Shown one piece after another: positions 1-12,200 of a DNA stretch of 54,420 bases. Under the pieces are notes generated by a model. It was not told where the DNA came from. It was given only the letters and a program-made list of their open reading frames with translations, and made no database searches. Positions within the stretch are counted from its first letter, which is position 1. The number at the start of each line of letters is the position of its first letter. Source of the DNA: Podarcis muralis. Lineage: Eukaryota. Made by a program: the position numbers and the translations under genes. The stretch spans positions 66,278,001 through 66,332,420 of the forward strand of contig NC_135655.1 of assembly GCF_964188315.1 (NCBI RefSeq), given 5' to 3'.

Positions 1-1008
1 CTGCATAACAAGCACTTCAGTGAAGGCTTTCTGGAATTTATAGAACAAACCTTTGCTGTGTTTGATCAGAAACCACTTCACATGTCAGGCTGAAAGCTAC
101 TTTGGTTAAGCTGATGAAGTTGAACAGAAGAGGAATGACAGTGGTATGCCTAACATAAGCTCATTTAAAGACTTACTAGCAGCTTGGTTTGTTCATGTTG
201 CCGTGTTGTCTTCTGAATTTTGTAGAATCACATTTTGGAGATACAGTAATACGTTTTTAATCAGTTCATGTTTGATTTTTTTTAAAAAAGAAAATTGTGG
301 TGGCTTTCTCTACTGTGCCATTACCTTCCTTTAAGTGTGTTCCAGATATTGGTTGCCCAACAATGACTGCAGAACACATCCTATGTTGTGAACCACCATG
401 TAATCTTTGAATGAAGGGTGGTATACAGATTTAATAAATAATAATAGCCATTCTGGAAGAGAGAGACCCAAAAGATTTCATCTGCAAGCACATATAAACA
501 CAAAAGAACATGATGTGATTGTGGTTCCTGAGAAAAGTGCTGTTAAGAAAATAGTTCTGAACAGTTCGAGCAGTCGGAAATCTAGTTTCTGAACTGCGTT
601 GAACTCCTATTCAGAAAGGGAAGGATATAAAAATCACTTGTGTGGTTCATCCATTAACTAGCAGTCAGCTGCTCTGGAGAATTTGGTGTGTGTACCACTC
701 ACTGATTCGAACTTGTATGCCAGATTTAAAGCAGTTCCTCAGATGACATAAAAATTGTCAGTGGTGTCTCAGAGACAGAGCATTGAAATGAGACAGTTAA
801 AAAAAGAGAGTTAAAAAACAGCAGCAGAAAAGCATGAAGCTTTTGATTCTATTCAAAGGCACCAACTTGCACCAAAGATGAAGGGGGCCTGGCGTTGCAT
901 GCATGTAACATCATGTTCATGACGTCATATTGTCGGGAGGAGGCTGAGTGTGCAGCACGGCTTCAATGGCTGGCGGCGCCTCCTCTCTCGTGCTCAGCCT
1001 CCTTCCAT

Positions 1009-1675
1009 TAAAGAAATTGGAGTTCTTGTTGAAAATACACTGAAAAGGATATACCAAGAGCTCTGGCCACAAGTTTCAATATAAGGAATAATTCCTACTC
1101 GAGAGTTGAAAAGAAAAACATGTATATTCTGCTAAGAATAACAGTTTGAAGCTAATAGTAAATTTAAACACAATGTGTAAATACGATAGTTTTAAGGTAA
1201 TAGTAGTTTTAAGGTATAGGTCTTTTAAGGTAATAGTAGTTTTAAGGTAAGGTCCATATTATATAAAATCAGAATAAAGAATAAAGGATCAAATAGGGCC
1301 AAAAAGGAGTATCCAGAGTGTGAATCAGATGTACGACTCAGTAGTCACTACTCAGTGGATACTCCTTTCTTTTATATAATATGGACTCTTTTTGACTGCC
1401 ATTGAGACTTGTATAAAACAATTGTTGTGTACTGGTATTTTATGTACCTTTATACCATATCACTGCATATTTGAAACTACATTATTTCTGCACTTAAACG
1501 TTGTATCTAAATTTACTATTACCTTAAAACTATCGTATTTACACGTTGTGTTTAAATTTACTATTAGCTTCAAACTGTTATTCTTAGCAGAATATACACG
1601 TTTTTCTTTTCAACTCTCGAGTAGGAATTATTCCTTATATTGAAACTTGTGGCCAGAGCTCTTGGTATATCCTTT
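1009..1675. mobile_element. Foldback insertion with 166-bp inverted arms and 15-bp TSD; Penelope-like retroelement candidate
   Basis: Arms 1040-1205 and 1514-1679 differ at 2 positions; TCAGCCTCCTTCCAT is repeated at 994-1008 and 1676-1690. Confidence 0.65.
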
Positions 1676-2185
1676 TCAGCCTCCTTCCATGGCAGGAGGA
1701 GATGCTGGCCAATGAAGCTTAGCCTCCTCTGTCCCCTCAGCATTGGGGAGGAGACTCCCAAAGGATATAGGGGGCCCAAAACAGCTCAACCCCCGTAAGC
1801 TAGTGTCCCTGACTCTTTTTATCACATAGGCAAATCTGATTGGCTATGTGGTTCTTTGGCATCATGCTGGCTACATGTTCTGCAGTTGATGCTGATGAAA
1901 CATGCCTTCAAAACTTTGGTTTGCAAAGCCAGTTAAAACCATGGCTTCAAATCACTGTGATTAGTTAGACTCTTCAAGATTGTTCTTTCCTTGACAGCTG
2001 TCTGGGGTTATTAGTAAAAGAGAGTTCATTTTAACAGACTACCAATTCAAGACTGCTCTCTATCAGCAGTCAGGCCTGGGGTAATTTTATTTTATTGAGA
2101 TGGGTGCAGTCACTTGACAATTTCACCCACGAGTCCGGTCTCACGAGTAAATGTGTTTTCTCTCTCCCCCCCCCCCCCTCTGCAG

Positions 2186-2278
2186 AACTTATTACAGGAA
2201 CTAAAACACCTAAAAATTAAGGTTGAAGAGCTGGAAAATGAAAGAACCCAGTATGAATGGAAACTGAAAGCAACCAAA
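2186..2278 (+). CDS. PPFIBP2: Liprin-beta-2 internal exon, coiled-coil region (NLLQELKHLKIKVEELENERTQYEWKLKATK); first exon visible in the window
   Basis: Polypyrimidine-CAG acceptor, GTAAG donor, 93 nt, phase 0-0; peptide closely matches recalled vertebrate liprin-beta-2. Confidence 0.95.
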
Positions 2279-2666
2279 GTAAGCCACACAACCATTTCAC
2301 ATATTATGCAGAAACAACCCAAGTTTGTCGTGCAGTGTAAACTCAAAAGAGGCCTGTAATTCCTTTAAAATGTCATGTGGTCCTAGACAAGTTTTCTCAC
2401 CTCCCCAAAGGGAATATACTTACATCCATCCTTTTGCTATGTTTCTGCGTTGGCTGGCAATAAAAGTTGTGAGTGTCAAGGAGCAAAGGGCAAGAGAAGA
2501 TTTGGGTGCAGTGTGCAAAAAATAATAACAGCATAAAAATGCTTTGTCTGAAGTTTTTGTGTTTCTAACATGCATTAGAGAAAATAATCTATAGTGGTTC
2601 TTTGTAATTTAATTTTTTGGATGAGATAGAGATGAAAAGAAAGCTAATGTTAATCTGTTCTTTCAG

Positions 2667-2775
2667 GCTGAAATTGCACAGCTTCAGGAACAGTTAGCTC
2701 TAAAAGACTCGGAGATTGAACGATTACAGAGTCAAATCTCGAGGACATCGGGAAATAATGAAATTGCAGAAAGAG
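2667..2775 (+). CDS. PPFIBP2: Liprin-beta-2 exon (AEIAQLQEQLALKDSEIERLQSQISRTSGNNEIAER)
   Basis: tttcag acceptor, G|GTAAT donor, 109 nt, phase 0-1; matches AEVAQLQEQVALKDAEIERL. Confidence 0.95.
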
Positions 2776-4107
2776 GTAATGATGGGGGAATAGCAAAGTT
2801 GCTATCAAAATGTTTTGTCTTCAGTTCTGTTACTGTTATCCATTCTCAAATGGAGAATGGGGTATGGCTTATTACATTTAGGGGAAATATTTTCCAGGAA
2901 GTGTAGGTGTCAAAGAGATTGTTTTGTAATCCTCTGTTTGTGGCCTATTTTTTTCTCACTTATCCAAAATGTGATTGCTCTTTTTATGAAAGTTTCTTTT
3001 AAAGCATTCCTAAATTGACACAGCAGTTTTATCCCTGTATCCTAATCTTACTATTATCTGTTATATAGTACATTTAAGCATACAGCGCTGTATACAATAA
3101 GTACTTTAATCCACATAACCCATTTTACTGGAGGAGTGACAAGCTTTTTAGCCTAGGTCACCCAGGTAGAAGTCCAAGAGTGGCTCTAATGTCAAACATA
3201 TGGAGTCTGTTTTCTTTTTTTAATAATAAAAAACAGAGAATAAGTCTTACTCTCTATCTTTTTACTGTTCCCCTTCTCCTTGCTATTCTATCGATGTCAG
3301 GACTTCATAGGGAAATTCTATGCAGTGCTATGAATTTCAGCTCTGAAGGGATTGCTTTCAATAAATGGTTAATATGTAGCAGGGTATACTGGTCAAATAT
3401 GAACAGCTATTTGCAATGTGCAGCATTTATTAAGGCTATCTCTTACCAAAGTGATGACTGAGCTTTGACAATCCAGTATGATAAACCTTCAGCCTACCAT
3501 TTCATGTATGAATGGCTGGCTCTCTCTAGTCGAAATCAATCCATTTGTTACTTTGAGAAAGGTAAATAACTCTTTTTAGGTGAGATCCGTTCCATGATGT
3601 ATTGACACACATTAGATATTATGTTGTTTGTTTATATAGCCTTGAGCTTTGGTATTGGTTTCCATTGTTTGTAGTGTCTATGCATGTTTGGTATAATAGG
3701 GTTTGCATGTGTTACTATTTCTCTAACAGTAACTGGGGAATGTTAGCAAGCTTGTTTCCTGCTGAAGTCCATTGATTCCAAAAGGAGGAAGGTTCAAATA
3801 TTTGAGATGCCTTGGGTTGCCATTCTAAATCCTCAGTAGTATTTATAAGCCCCATTAAACCTGATAGTGTTGAGTGAACATACATTCAAAGATGTTTACT
3901 CTTAATGAGCAAAAAATGGAGTTTTTTGCATTTCTTAACAACAAAGCTTTGTCACCCTCCTTGTCAACGTTTGAACACTGATAGAGATCAGCGGTCATCT
4001 CAAATTGTATCTTTTATTTCTGAATGCCTATTCTGATGAAATTGCATACAGTCTCTAATCTGTGTTCTTTCTGCATACCTTATTTGACTCTTCATTTCCC
4101 ACCGTAG

Positions 4108-4140
4108 AGGAAGTGTATAGGCGAAGGCTAAAAGAAAAAC
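4108..4140 (+). CDS. PPFIBP2: Candidate 33-nt cassette microexon (E-EVYRRRLKEK-H)
   Basis: ttcatttcccaccgtag acceptor, C|GTAAGC donor, phase 1-1 so frame-preserving; resembles the DENFKKKLKEK segment at the equivalent position of paralog liprin-beta-1. Confidence 0.75.
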
Positions 4141-5123
4141 GTAAGCCCTAAGATTTCGCTTTATTACTTTTCACACACAAATTATACCTAAAGTGCACTT
4201 CTGCAGCAATAATCATTCAATGTTGGCTCTGTAGTTGACTGCTGAATCGTAACATGCGGGGTGAATATCTCATTGCTTACAGCAGACAGAATGGCTTTAA
4301 TACAGTCAGATTTATTATCTCACACAAAATCTCCAATGTTGCGTAAGTGAACAGAAAATGGGCATTAAAGAGGCTCTGTCAAAGTTGGTGGACTCCAGAA
4401 TAGACATTTGTATATTTAAACCACAAAAGATGCATTGCTCGTGCACAGCTTTTACCCCCCACCCTTTTTGGAAAGGGGGGGGGGGGTTCTTCCAAACCTT
4501 CAAGACCTAGCATTTTAAATATTTCCATCTTAAATGTAGATATACCTTCTTTTTGAAGAAGTCTTCATAAAAGTGAGAAAACCTTGACATAGCTCTTTTA
4601 AAAGTCTTTTTTCCTCCTTTAAATCTGACTGGGTGCTTGTGCCTTGCTTGTCGTTAAGTGTGGCTTTAAGAAAAGCAAAAACTGTGTCTGTCCATGCCAC
4701 ATCTATGTGGAAATGCCACTGCCTGCTAAAATATGATTAAAACACATAACCCACTAATTGGATCACTCCCATCACTAGATTTGCAGTACAGCTGTGATAA
4801 TCTAAACTTTATTTTTTTTAAAAAAACAACTACTGAATACTAATTCTCCCCCTCCCTGTACTAATATTTTTGCAACACTATTCTTCTTTTCCTTGTGTGT
4901 CACATTGCCATCTTTGCAAATTATTGTTTTGAAATGTCACTATTTTAAAAATGCCTAAGATTTGGGATAGTTTTGTTTAGAACACCTAGGAATGTGTGTT
5001 GCTAGGACAACTGCTGTAGTCAAATCAGTCCCTGCATTCTCAGTCAGCTGTATCTTCATCCCAAGCCAAAGACTGTTAGCTCTAAAGTTACTTCCATGTC
5101 TGCGGCGAACAAAAAATGATCTA

Positions 5124-5193
5124 ATGAACGCGTACAAAACTTCAACTTCTTCCCAGAAGTTTTTCTCTTTGAAGGGTACAACCTATTCACAAG
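5124..5193 (+). CDS. PPFIBP2: Candidate alternative first coding exon (MNAYKTSTSSQKFFSLKGTTYSQ)
   Basis: ATG at 5124, open frame, AAG|GTATAT donor in phase 1, matching the acceptor at 6988; local CpG retention. No homology confirmation. Confidence 0.4.
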
Positions 5194-5392
5194 GTATATA
5201 TTCTCATTGGAAAAAGAAAGACAGTGACTCCTATATGAAGGCTTGAAAGCTGATAACCAAAACTTAAATTTTGCCTGTTGATGATAGCAGGGTATAAGGC
5301 AGTTAGAAAGTGAGCCCCTAATTAAAAAGCATCTGCTGCTGTTTGGTAAATGGCTTTAGCACGGACTAGGATTTCTTTTGCACTACTTGGTA

Positions 5393-5470
5393 CAGGGGTG
5401 TGGAACTTGAGGCCCAGAGGCCAGATGTGGTCTTCCAGGTTCCTGTAACTGGCCCTGGAGACACTCACTA
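5393..5470. mobile_element. hAT-type MITE terminal fragment
   Basis: Begins caggggtgtggaacttgaggcccagaggccagatgtgg, resembling hAT non-autonomous termini; no partner end seen. Confidence 0.35.
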
Positions 5471-5560
5471 ATCCTGCCCTCCAGTGCTTTTGTGTGGCTG
5501 GAATGTATGCTTGAACTGTGATGATGCCTCCCGCTTGCCTAATTGGAGAAGTGTGTGAAT

Positions 5561-5562
<2 letters not shown>

Positions 5563-5592
<30 letters not shown>
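5563..5592. repeat. (GT)15 microsatellite
   Basis: Read directly from the sequence. Confidence 0.98.
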
Positions 5593-5594
<2 letters not shown>

Positions 5595-6987
5595 GCCCCT
5601 GGCTTTTGAGTGACTGGAACGCAGCCTGTTGTACAAAGGTGAGAGTCTCTTGCTGCCTTTTGCCCACCCTTTGCACATCTTTGGTCCAAAAAGTTCCCCC
5701 ACCGCTGGTTTCCTTCGCCATACAATGAAGATAGATGAATGCAAGTAGCAACAAAATCTGTATTCTACCAATCAATAGTTTTCAAGCCTCTGCATCCAAT
5801 ACCTTATGCAATTTACTATTTTTGAAAGGTCCACGGTTTTATTTTAAAGAATGAGATATGTGCAGAACACTTTGTTTTCTGTCAGAGGGTAATTACTTTG
5901 GCTTTGAAACCAGCCATCTAGCTAGTTGTTGTGCTTCTTATTTTGCTAGAAGTGTTTATAAAACAACAGTTTTTGCACTCCATAGATTTTTTGTGTGTGC
6001 CTGAATATCAGCAAGTGCTTGAAGATGCTGGGCATTAAAGCATTAAACGTTTCAATCACAAAAACTTTAAAAATGGCAATTCTGTTTAGTGGCTGTATTC
6101 AGATAGCACGTTATGCCATAACCCGTTGCGTGCCTCAACAAACAGTGAGTCATTTCCACTGTGCCCCTTCCCTAGCACTTAAAATCATGGTTTGTTGGAA
6201 GAGAAACAAACCATGAGCACTGGTTAGAACACGACAGTAACCAAAGGTTTGTTGCTCCCGCTCATGATATGGAAAGAGTGTGTCAGGAGCAATTTCAGCA
6301 GCATTCACTAGAGCACTCCTTGTTCATGATAAGCCATGGTTTAGTTGGAGGCCACGAAGAATCCATATTTTTAGCCGTCAGGAAATTAAAACATTATGTA
6401 GTGTGTCATGTCTGTTTCCCTTGAACATGCCATACCTGAGCATCAAGTAGGGGACCTCAGGAAAGACCTAGTTTGTGATGCAGTGGGAGGGTGGAACTGG
6501 CAAAAGAAACTGGCAGCTTGCACAGATTTCAGCTCTCGCATCTCTGCATCCAGCCCATTGTCGATCTGTGAATGTTACTGGTTTTTGTTTGTTTGTTTTG
6601 TAGGCACCCTGGAAGTGAGTGGAACTGAAGGGTGGCACATAACATTCTAAATGCATTTATTCAGGGAGGTTGTTTTTTATCTCATTCCAAGAGACTTCTG
6701 CAGTGATGTAGAAAGATCTCACCTGATAAAAACGTGTCACGTAGAACCAGCAGAAAGTGCTTGTGCTTGCCCTGTGGTGACAAGAGCTACCACATCGCAT
6801 AATTTAAACAGAGGCACAGAGATGTAAGGCACTGGCACAGTTTTTTGTTTTGCTTTGAGAAGATTGCCGAAAGTATTGTTACGATTGCACATCTGATATA
6901 GCATTACCATTTTGTATACTATAATGGCAGGTACCAATGTATGTGTATTTTCACCTCCTTTATTTCCTTCTGGAACATTTCTTTTAG

Positions 6988-7049
6988 ATCAAGAGGTCCA
7001 ATGTTTGAAAGTAGGAATGGAATCATTATTGGCTGCAAATCAAGAAAAG
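6988..7049 (+). CDS. PPFIBP2: Liprin-beta-2 exon (DQEVQCLKVGMESLLAANQEK)
   Basis: cttttag acceptor, AAG|GTAAGA donor, 62 nt, phase 1-0; matches DQEIQRLKMGMETLLLANEDK. Confidence 0.95.
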
Positions 7050-7080
7050 GTAAGAAAAGTGCAACCGTTAAGTGTTGTTG

Positions 7081-7137
7081 TTGTTCGTTGTATATGCCTC
7101 CTTCTCCCAGGCTAGGGCTCAAAGCAGCTTACAGATA
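7081..7137 (-). mobile_element. L2-type LINE/SINE 3' tail fragment
   Basis: tgttgttgttgttcgttgtatatgcctccttctccc...caaagcagcttaca is a reversed L2-style tail. Confidence 0.4.
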
Positions 7138-7200
7138 AAAATGGGGAGGGGCAGAAAAAAAACTAAAAACTGAGAAGATCATCGTTTATAAATACATATA

Positions 7201-7605
7201 TATGGGCAACTCCCCATTTACGTGAGAGTTACGTTCCAAGGCACCGTGAATTAAGTGAAATTGCACACATTTGAAACACCATTGGAAATGCTTGCAAACA
7301 CCCTCTAAACCCTTGGAAACCCCTTTAAAAAGCCAACAGCACTTACCAAATTCCACCACAATTCCTCCCTCCAAATCTCCTTGATCAAACTCTCCACAGG
7401 CCTCAACGATTGGCGCAGGGTCTCCTGGGATTGCACTTGCAAATGCTTGTGGGATTGCTAGGCACTGTTTGTGTGCCTTTTTGCCCTTTCTGGGCTCTTT
7501 TAGGGACGCTTTTACCATTTTTAAAGTCCCTTTCAGGTTCGGCTCCATGTGCATGTACACAGTCACGTGACAATTTGATGCGCATAAATTATTGGTTGTT
7601 CCCTG
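7201..7605. mobile_element. Degenerate Tc1/mariner (Tigger-like) non-autonomous element
   Basis: Imperfect terminal inverted repeats ending ccctg-TA, with Tigger-like internal motifs. Confidence 0.4.
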
Positions 7606-9154
7606 TACATAAAATAATCTATTTCAAATACAGATAATAATAACAACATCACAGCACGAACCCTTTGATTGATGGTCATGAGAACAGATCATACACTAGG
7701 GGCCAGAACTGCAAATAGGGACGCCTTACTCAACCAGCAGCACCAGGGCTCCCCATTGTTGCTTGCATGCCATTCCTTTTCCCCAAAGATGATAGTAGTT
7801 TTGATTTTAAAATCTAAAATTATATTGATACATTAAAAAATAAACAATGGAAATAGCAATGTTACAAGTATTCTTTTTGTCCCCTTCCATGGAATATATC
7901 TAATTATTCCTGGCGCTTTTACTGGGGAAGGCACTGGATTGTAAGAGGTGTTTTATTCAATACCCAGCAGTAGGTAAATTGCCCTTCATATCGTGTCTGA
8001 CCATTTCAGAAAGCTGTAACTAGTTTAAACTGTAGGCCTTGGTGCCCTGAACTTTCCTATGACTCACACTTTCTTGTCACACCTATTTTCATGAAGGAAG
8101 TGCCATGGGGAGAATTTAATCATAAGATAGCCTTGACCCCTCTCAACTTTCCATCACTGGAAACGACCTCAAGCAGGTGGTGTCTCATGACTGGGGAGAA
8201 AAATGATTGCTGGACTCCATTAACAGGGTGCCAATATACAGGCAGGCTGTCCTTGCTGATAATATTTCCTAAAGCGCAGAGTGGAGGTGTGTGGGGCCAT
8301 GTGCCCCCATCCCCGATATGATTGACATCAGCATGATTTCGACAAAATGAGGCAAGGGTATGCCTGCAACATGTAACAAGCTAAATATGATAAAAGCATT
8401 TATTTATTTGCACTATTTATAGCCCACTGTACATTGAAATTTTCATTCCAAGAACAGGGACAAAGAAATAAAAGGAAACGGAGAAAAACCGCAATATATA
8501 AACAATCACAAAATCATATAAAGGCGTCCAATAAACAACAAATTAACTGCTTCGTCATAATGTGAAAGCAAGACAACAAATAATATTTCCCCCCAAAGAA
8601 ACCCATAAGAGAAACGGATTAAGCAACCAGTGAATGGTCTTTGCAACAGTTCCCACCCCATTTTTCACTCATAGCATTCCACTCATTCCCGCTCTGTCTC
8701 ACATTAGCCCCTGTGTGCGTCAATAGACTCTCACTCTGTGACAACAGTCCTGAGGATTGTTCTCAATCCTGAGGAAACCCACTAGCCTCAAGGTGTGTAA
8801 GGCTGCCAAGTACAGACATGGAGGAGGATTTGATGACCTCCTTCACCTCTTTTCTTCTTACCTGCCAGCACAAAGAGCATTCGGGGACCTCAAGGTCCAC
8901 ACTTCTGTGTAACTACAGTAGAAGTATGTGATAAGAGGGACAGGTAACAGGTGCCCCATGGACAGATTCCAGGTTCAGCTTTCTTTCTCTTTTCTTGTGA
9001 GCGAATAATCATACAGCAACAAGTCTCAGGGCTGCAGAGACTAGGAAAGGTCTCATGGGCCTCAACGTATTCCCAATATATGTAGATTCCTGTATATTGA
9101 AATCCTCACACCATTCAAATCTGTCTGTTTTCCTTCTCTTCGCTTCCTTTTCAG

Positions 9155-9230
9155 GACCGCCGAATAGAAGAGTTAACTGTATTGCTAAGTCAGTACCGAA
9201 GAGTGAAAGAGATCATGATAGCAGTACAAG
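9155..9230 (+). CDS. PPFIBP2: Liprin-beta-2 exon (DRRIEELTVLLSQYRRVKEIMIAVQ)
   Basis: Long polypyrimidine tract with CAG, G|GTATGA donor, 76 nt, phase 0-1; matches DRRIEELTGLLNQYRKVKEI. Confidence 0.95.
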
Positions 9231-12200
9231 GTATGATTGGTGGATATACATCACGTGGAAGAGCTTCCAAAACTTTGAGGCGATTCTAACAAAGAGTTTT
9301 AATTTTTATATTCAGAAAAGGGTTGTGAGGGGAAACTGAGATAGCAGCCCTTGAAAGGCAGAGGGCTGGTTTGTGTGACACAGTAATCCAAACTATGCCT
9401 TAGTGAAACTCTGAATACGTGGGCTCCAGTAGAAGAATTTCCAGCTGCTTTGCTCCTTTCTGGTCCTTTTTGCTGACATGCCGTTAAGTCAAGGTTTGAC
9501 TTAGCATGTTGTCCAAACTGGGACTCACGATTAAGCTCACTAACCAGTAGCTGCAAGTGTCCAAGATACATTCCTGTGGTGGAGAACCATAATATACACA
9601 GTTTCTTCGTCGCCATTCTTATGTTCCCCAACAAGCTTCTTTCCTCTCTCCATTTCTCTTCCAAGGTGCTAAGCCAGTTAGTTAATGGCGATGCTTTGCT
9701 TGATTTACTGTAGCTTTTAATATGTGGCAATTCTTAAGCATAGAATAACTTTATAATTAGGCCTTTTGGAGTAGTTACTTCATGGAAAGATTCCACATTA
9801 AGTATTTGTTAGCCTATTGAGCAAATAGATCTTGGGTATTTAACCACCAATGTTCAACTTCATTCCAGTCACTTCTTTAGTATAAGCAAATATCCCAGTG
9901 TTTCATTCCATAGAATCTTGAATGGGATTGACCTGCCACAACAGCACACGTAAACTTGAGAAGTGGGGCTGCATGGAATGTTTTATCCAAGGGATGATGA
10001 ACTCGTGTGGGGCTATGTCCCTCCCCTTTGTCCGTGACTAATACTGCTTGGCTCTGCCTTTTGATACATACAATTAGGGCTATCAGCATGTGTTTGTGGA
10101 AGCCCTCTGCCTTTGGGGGGGGTCAAAGAATGGTATTCCTTATTGCTTTTATAACACAAAGTTCATTGACATTAAGAACAGAGCTCTTGGACTAGTCAGT
10201 GTTCAGAGACACTCTGCACTGTCAAAATCAGTTCCAATACATGCAGCTGAACAGTGAAGCTTCTGTTTTAGTTACATATAGGACCATTGCATTGATGTCA
10301 TCACCTGGGAGAGCTTACCTGCTTGTAAATGTGGCAAACACAGAACAGCTGGCTACTGGTAATGGATCTGTATTTTTCGGAAGTCAGTTTGAGTAATCCT
10401 GGCTTCTAGTTCTTATTTGCAGTGTTAAGAAAGTTCTTGAGCATTCAACCCCTACCACATGTAACTTCCATGTATGGTCCTGAATACATTGTGTTTCTTT
10501 CTGGGAAACACATAGCAACAGCCTGTCCATCTTGACGACAGTCAGCAATACTGAGCAAGATGGAGGGGGTGGTCAAACTTGTTACAGTGCAGCTGCCTGG
10601 CTTCCTAGGCTAGTGGTGTCACACGCGTTCTCAGATCTTCATATTATTTGGCAAAGCAGATAGTGAAAGTTAATTTATTGTCTGCATTGTGAGCTGTTTA
10701 TCCTTAATAAGTCATGCAAGTATTTTTTTCATGTCTAAGAAGGAATAATTCATTTTTCTTGTTAAGAGACTTATTTCGAAAAGTTGCCTATGAAAGCATC
10801 TCCCCTTGCCTGACTAGACAGCCACATGAAATGTTATACTTCCTGTCTGCATTTAGAATAACCCAGCCAAGAAGATAAGTGAATAATATATATATAAAGC
10901 ACAATGGGGCCCAGCATCCACTGAACATGCTTTTACGTCCCCTACCCTACAAGGTTCCTTTAAACTCAGAGTGACTGCCCCTTTGCAGTTTAAAGGAAAT
11001 GTGTGGGAATGGAAATGGCGAGAGGAATGGCTTTCTGAGACCAATCTTCACTCTTTCATCTATGATTATTTCTCATCCATCCTCAGTTGTTATGACTGAA
11101 TAAGTTTCAGTGTTATCATTACAGATTTTACTAAACATGTGATGGTTGTTGAGATGATAAGCCTGAGATGCTATTTTTAAATCATTGACTTTAAAATGTT
11201 ATTGGGGGGGGGGGGCGCAGTGCTTGGCCTAAACCTTATTTTGCTTTTCTTAAACATGAGGTCTAGCAAGAAGCCCACCTGAAATTGCTGGTCTTTTTCT
11301 ATACAAAAGACATATGAGAAGCTGGAAGTAATTTTCCTGTTTTGTAACCTATTTTGCACTCTCTAATATGTGAAATAGATGGGATTAGGCAACATTTTAT
11401 TCCACACAGTTATATTTTCCAGTGACATAATGTAACTTTAAAGAGCATGCTTGCCACAGCGACCCAGTTTGCTTTAATTAACTACAGAACATTTGGCTAA
11501 TGTATGCATAACTGTTTTAGATTGTGAAAAATAAGTTGTTCGTATCCCTTTCCTTCCACATCAGCTAGAATTGGAAAGCTGACCTGAGCCCTTAACTAAA
11601 AAACAAAATAAAAAAAACCTTTAATTAAATGGTGTAGGAATTAAAAGCTAAGAATTATAAACTAAACCTAACATTGAAATAAATGACATGTACCAGAATG
11701 CTGAATACAAATAAAGTCAATAGGAGCTAGACACCTGCTTGATTTTATTACACTTCCTGCTCATTTTAACTAATTAAGTAGTACTAAATTTAAATACCCT
11801 TTTCTTTTGAGCATTGGTAATGAGAGTTTTTTAAGTGTTGCCTGAATCAATTTAATCAGTTTGTTATTCAACTAAAGTTTTAATTACAGTTAAAATTATC
11901 CCCCCCTTTTTTTTTTACTGTTTATACAGTCTATTCCAAATATTATCTCTTAATTGGTGGGTCTGAAATGAAGCAACACAGTGCTGTGCAGACACAGACA
12001 TTCCAGTCCCTTCTTCCCTGCCAATGTTATATATATAAACTTAATAGCTTTTCTTTCTAGTTGTATAAAGCTAGCATTTTGGAGTGAAACAGTTGAGATG
12101 TTCCTTCTAGAGATAAAGGAACATAGGTAAATATCCTCCCTTAGGTGTGTATCTTCCACAGAGGGATCTGAATCTCTTTTGGTTTGCTCTCCTTCCTTAC

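Noticed and set aside
146-900. An earlier PPFIBP2 exon (ELLSRTSLETQKL... equivalent) at the start of the window
   Set aside because: No matching peptide found in any frame; it must lie upstream.
1590-1660. Hammerhead ribozyme in the foldback arms, as expected for Penelope termini
   Set aside because: A stem (aggaat/attcct) and GAAAC are present, but the required CUGANGA core is not (ctctcga), so it is not supported.
5322-5775. Overlapping ORFs with THTHTH or CVCVCV runs, likewise 31710-32065 and 43048-43365
   Set aside because: Artefacts of stop-free microsatellites; no splice or homology support.
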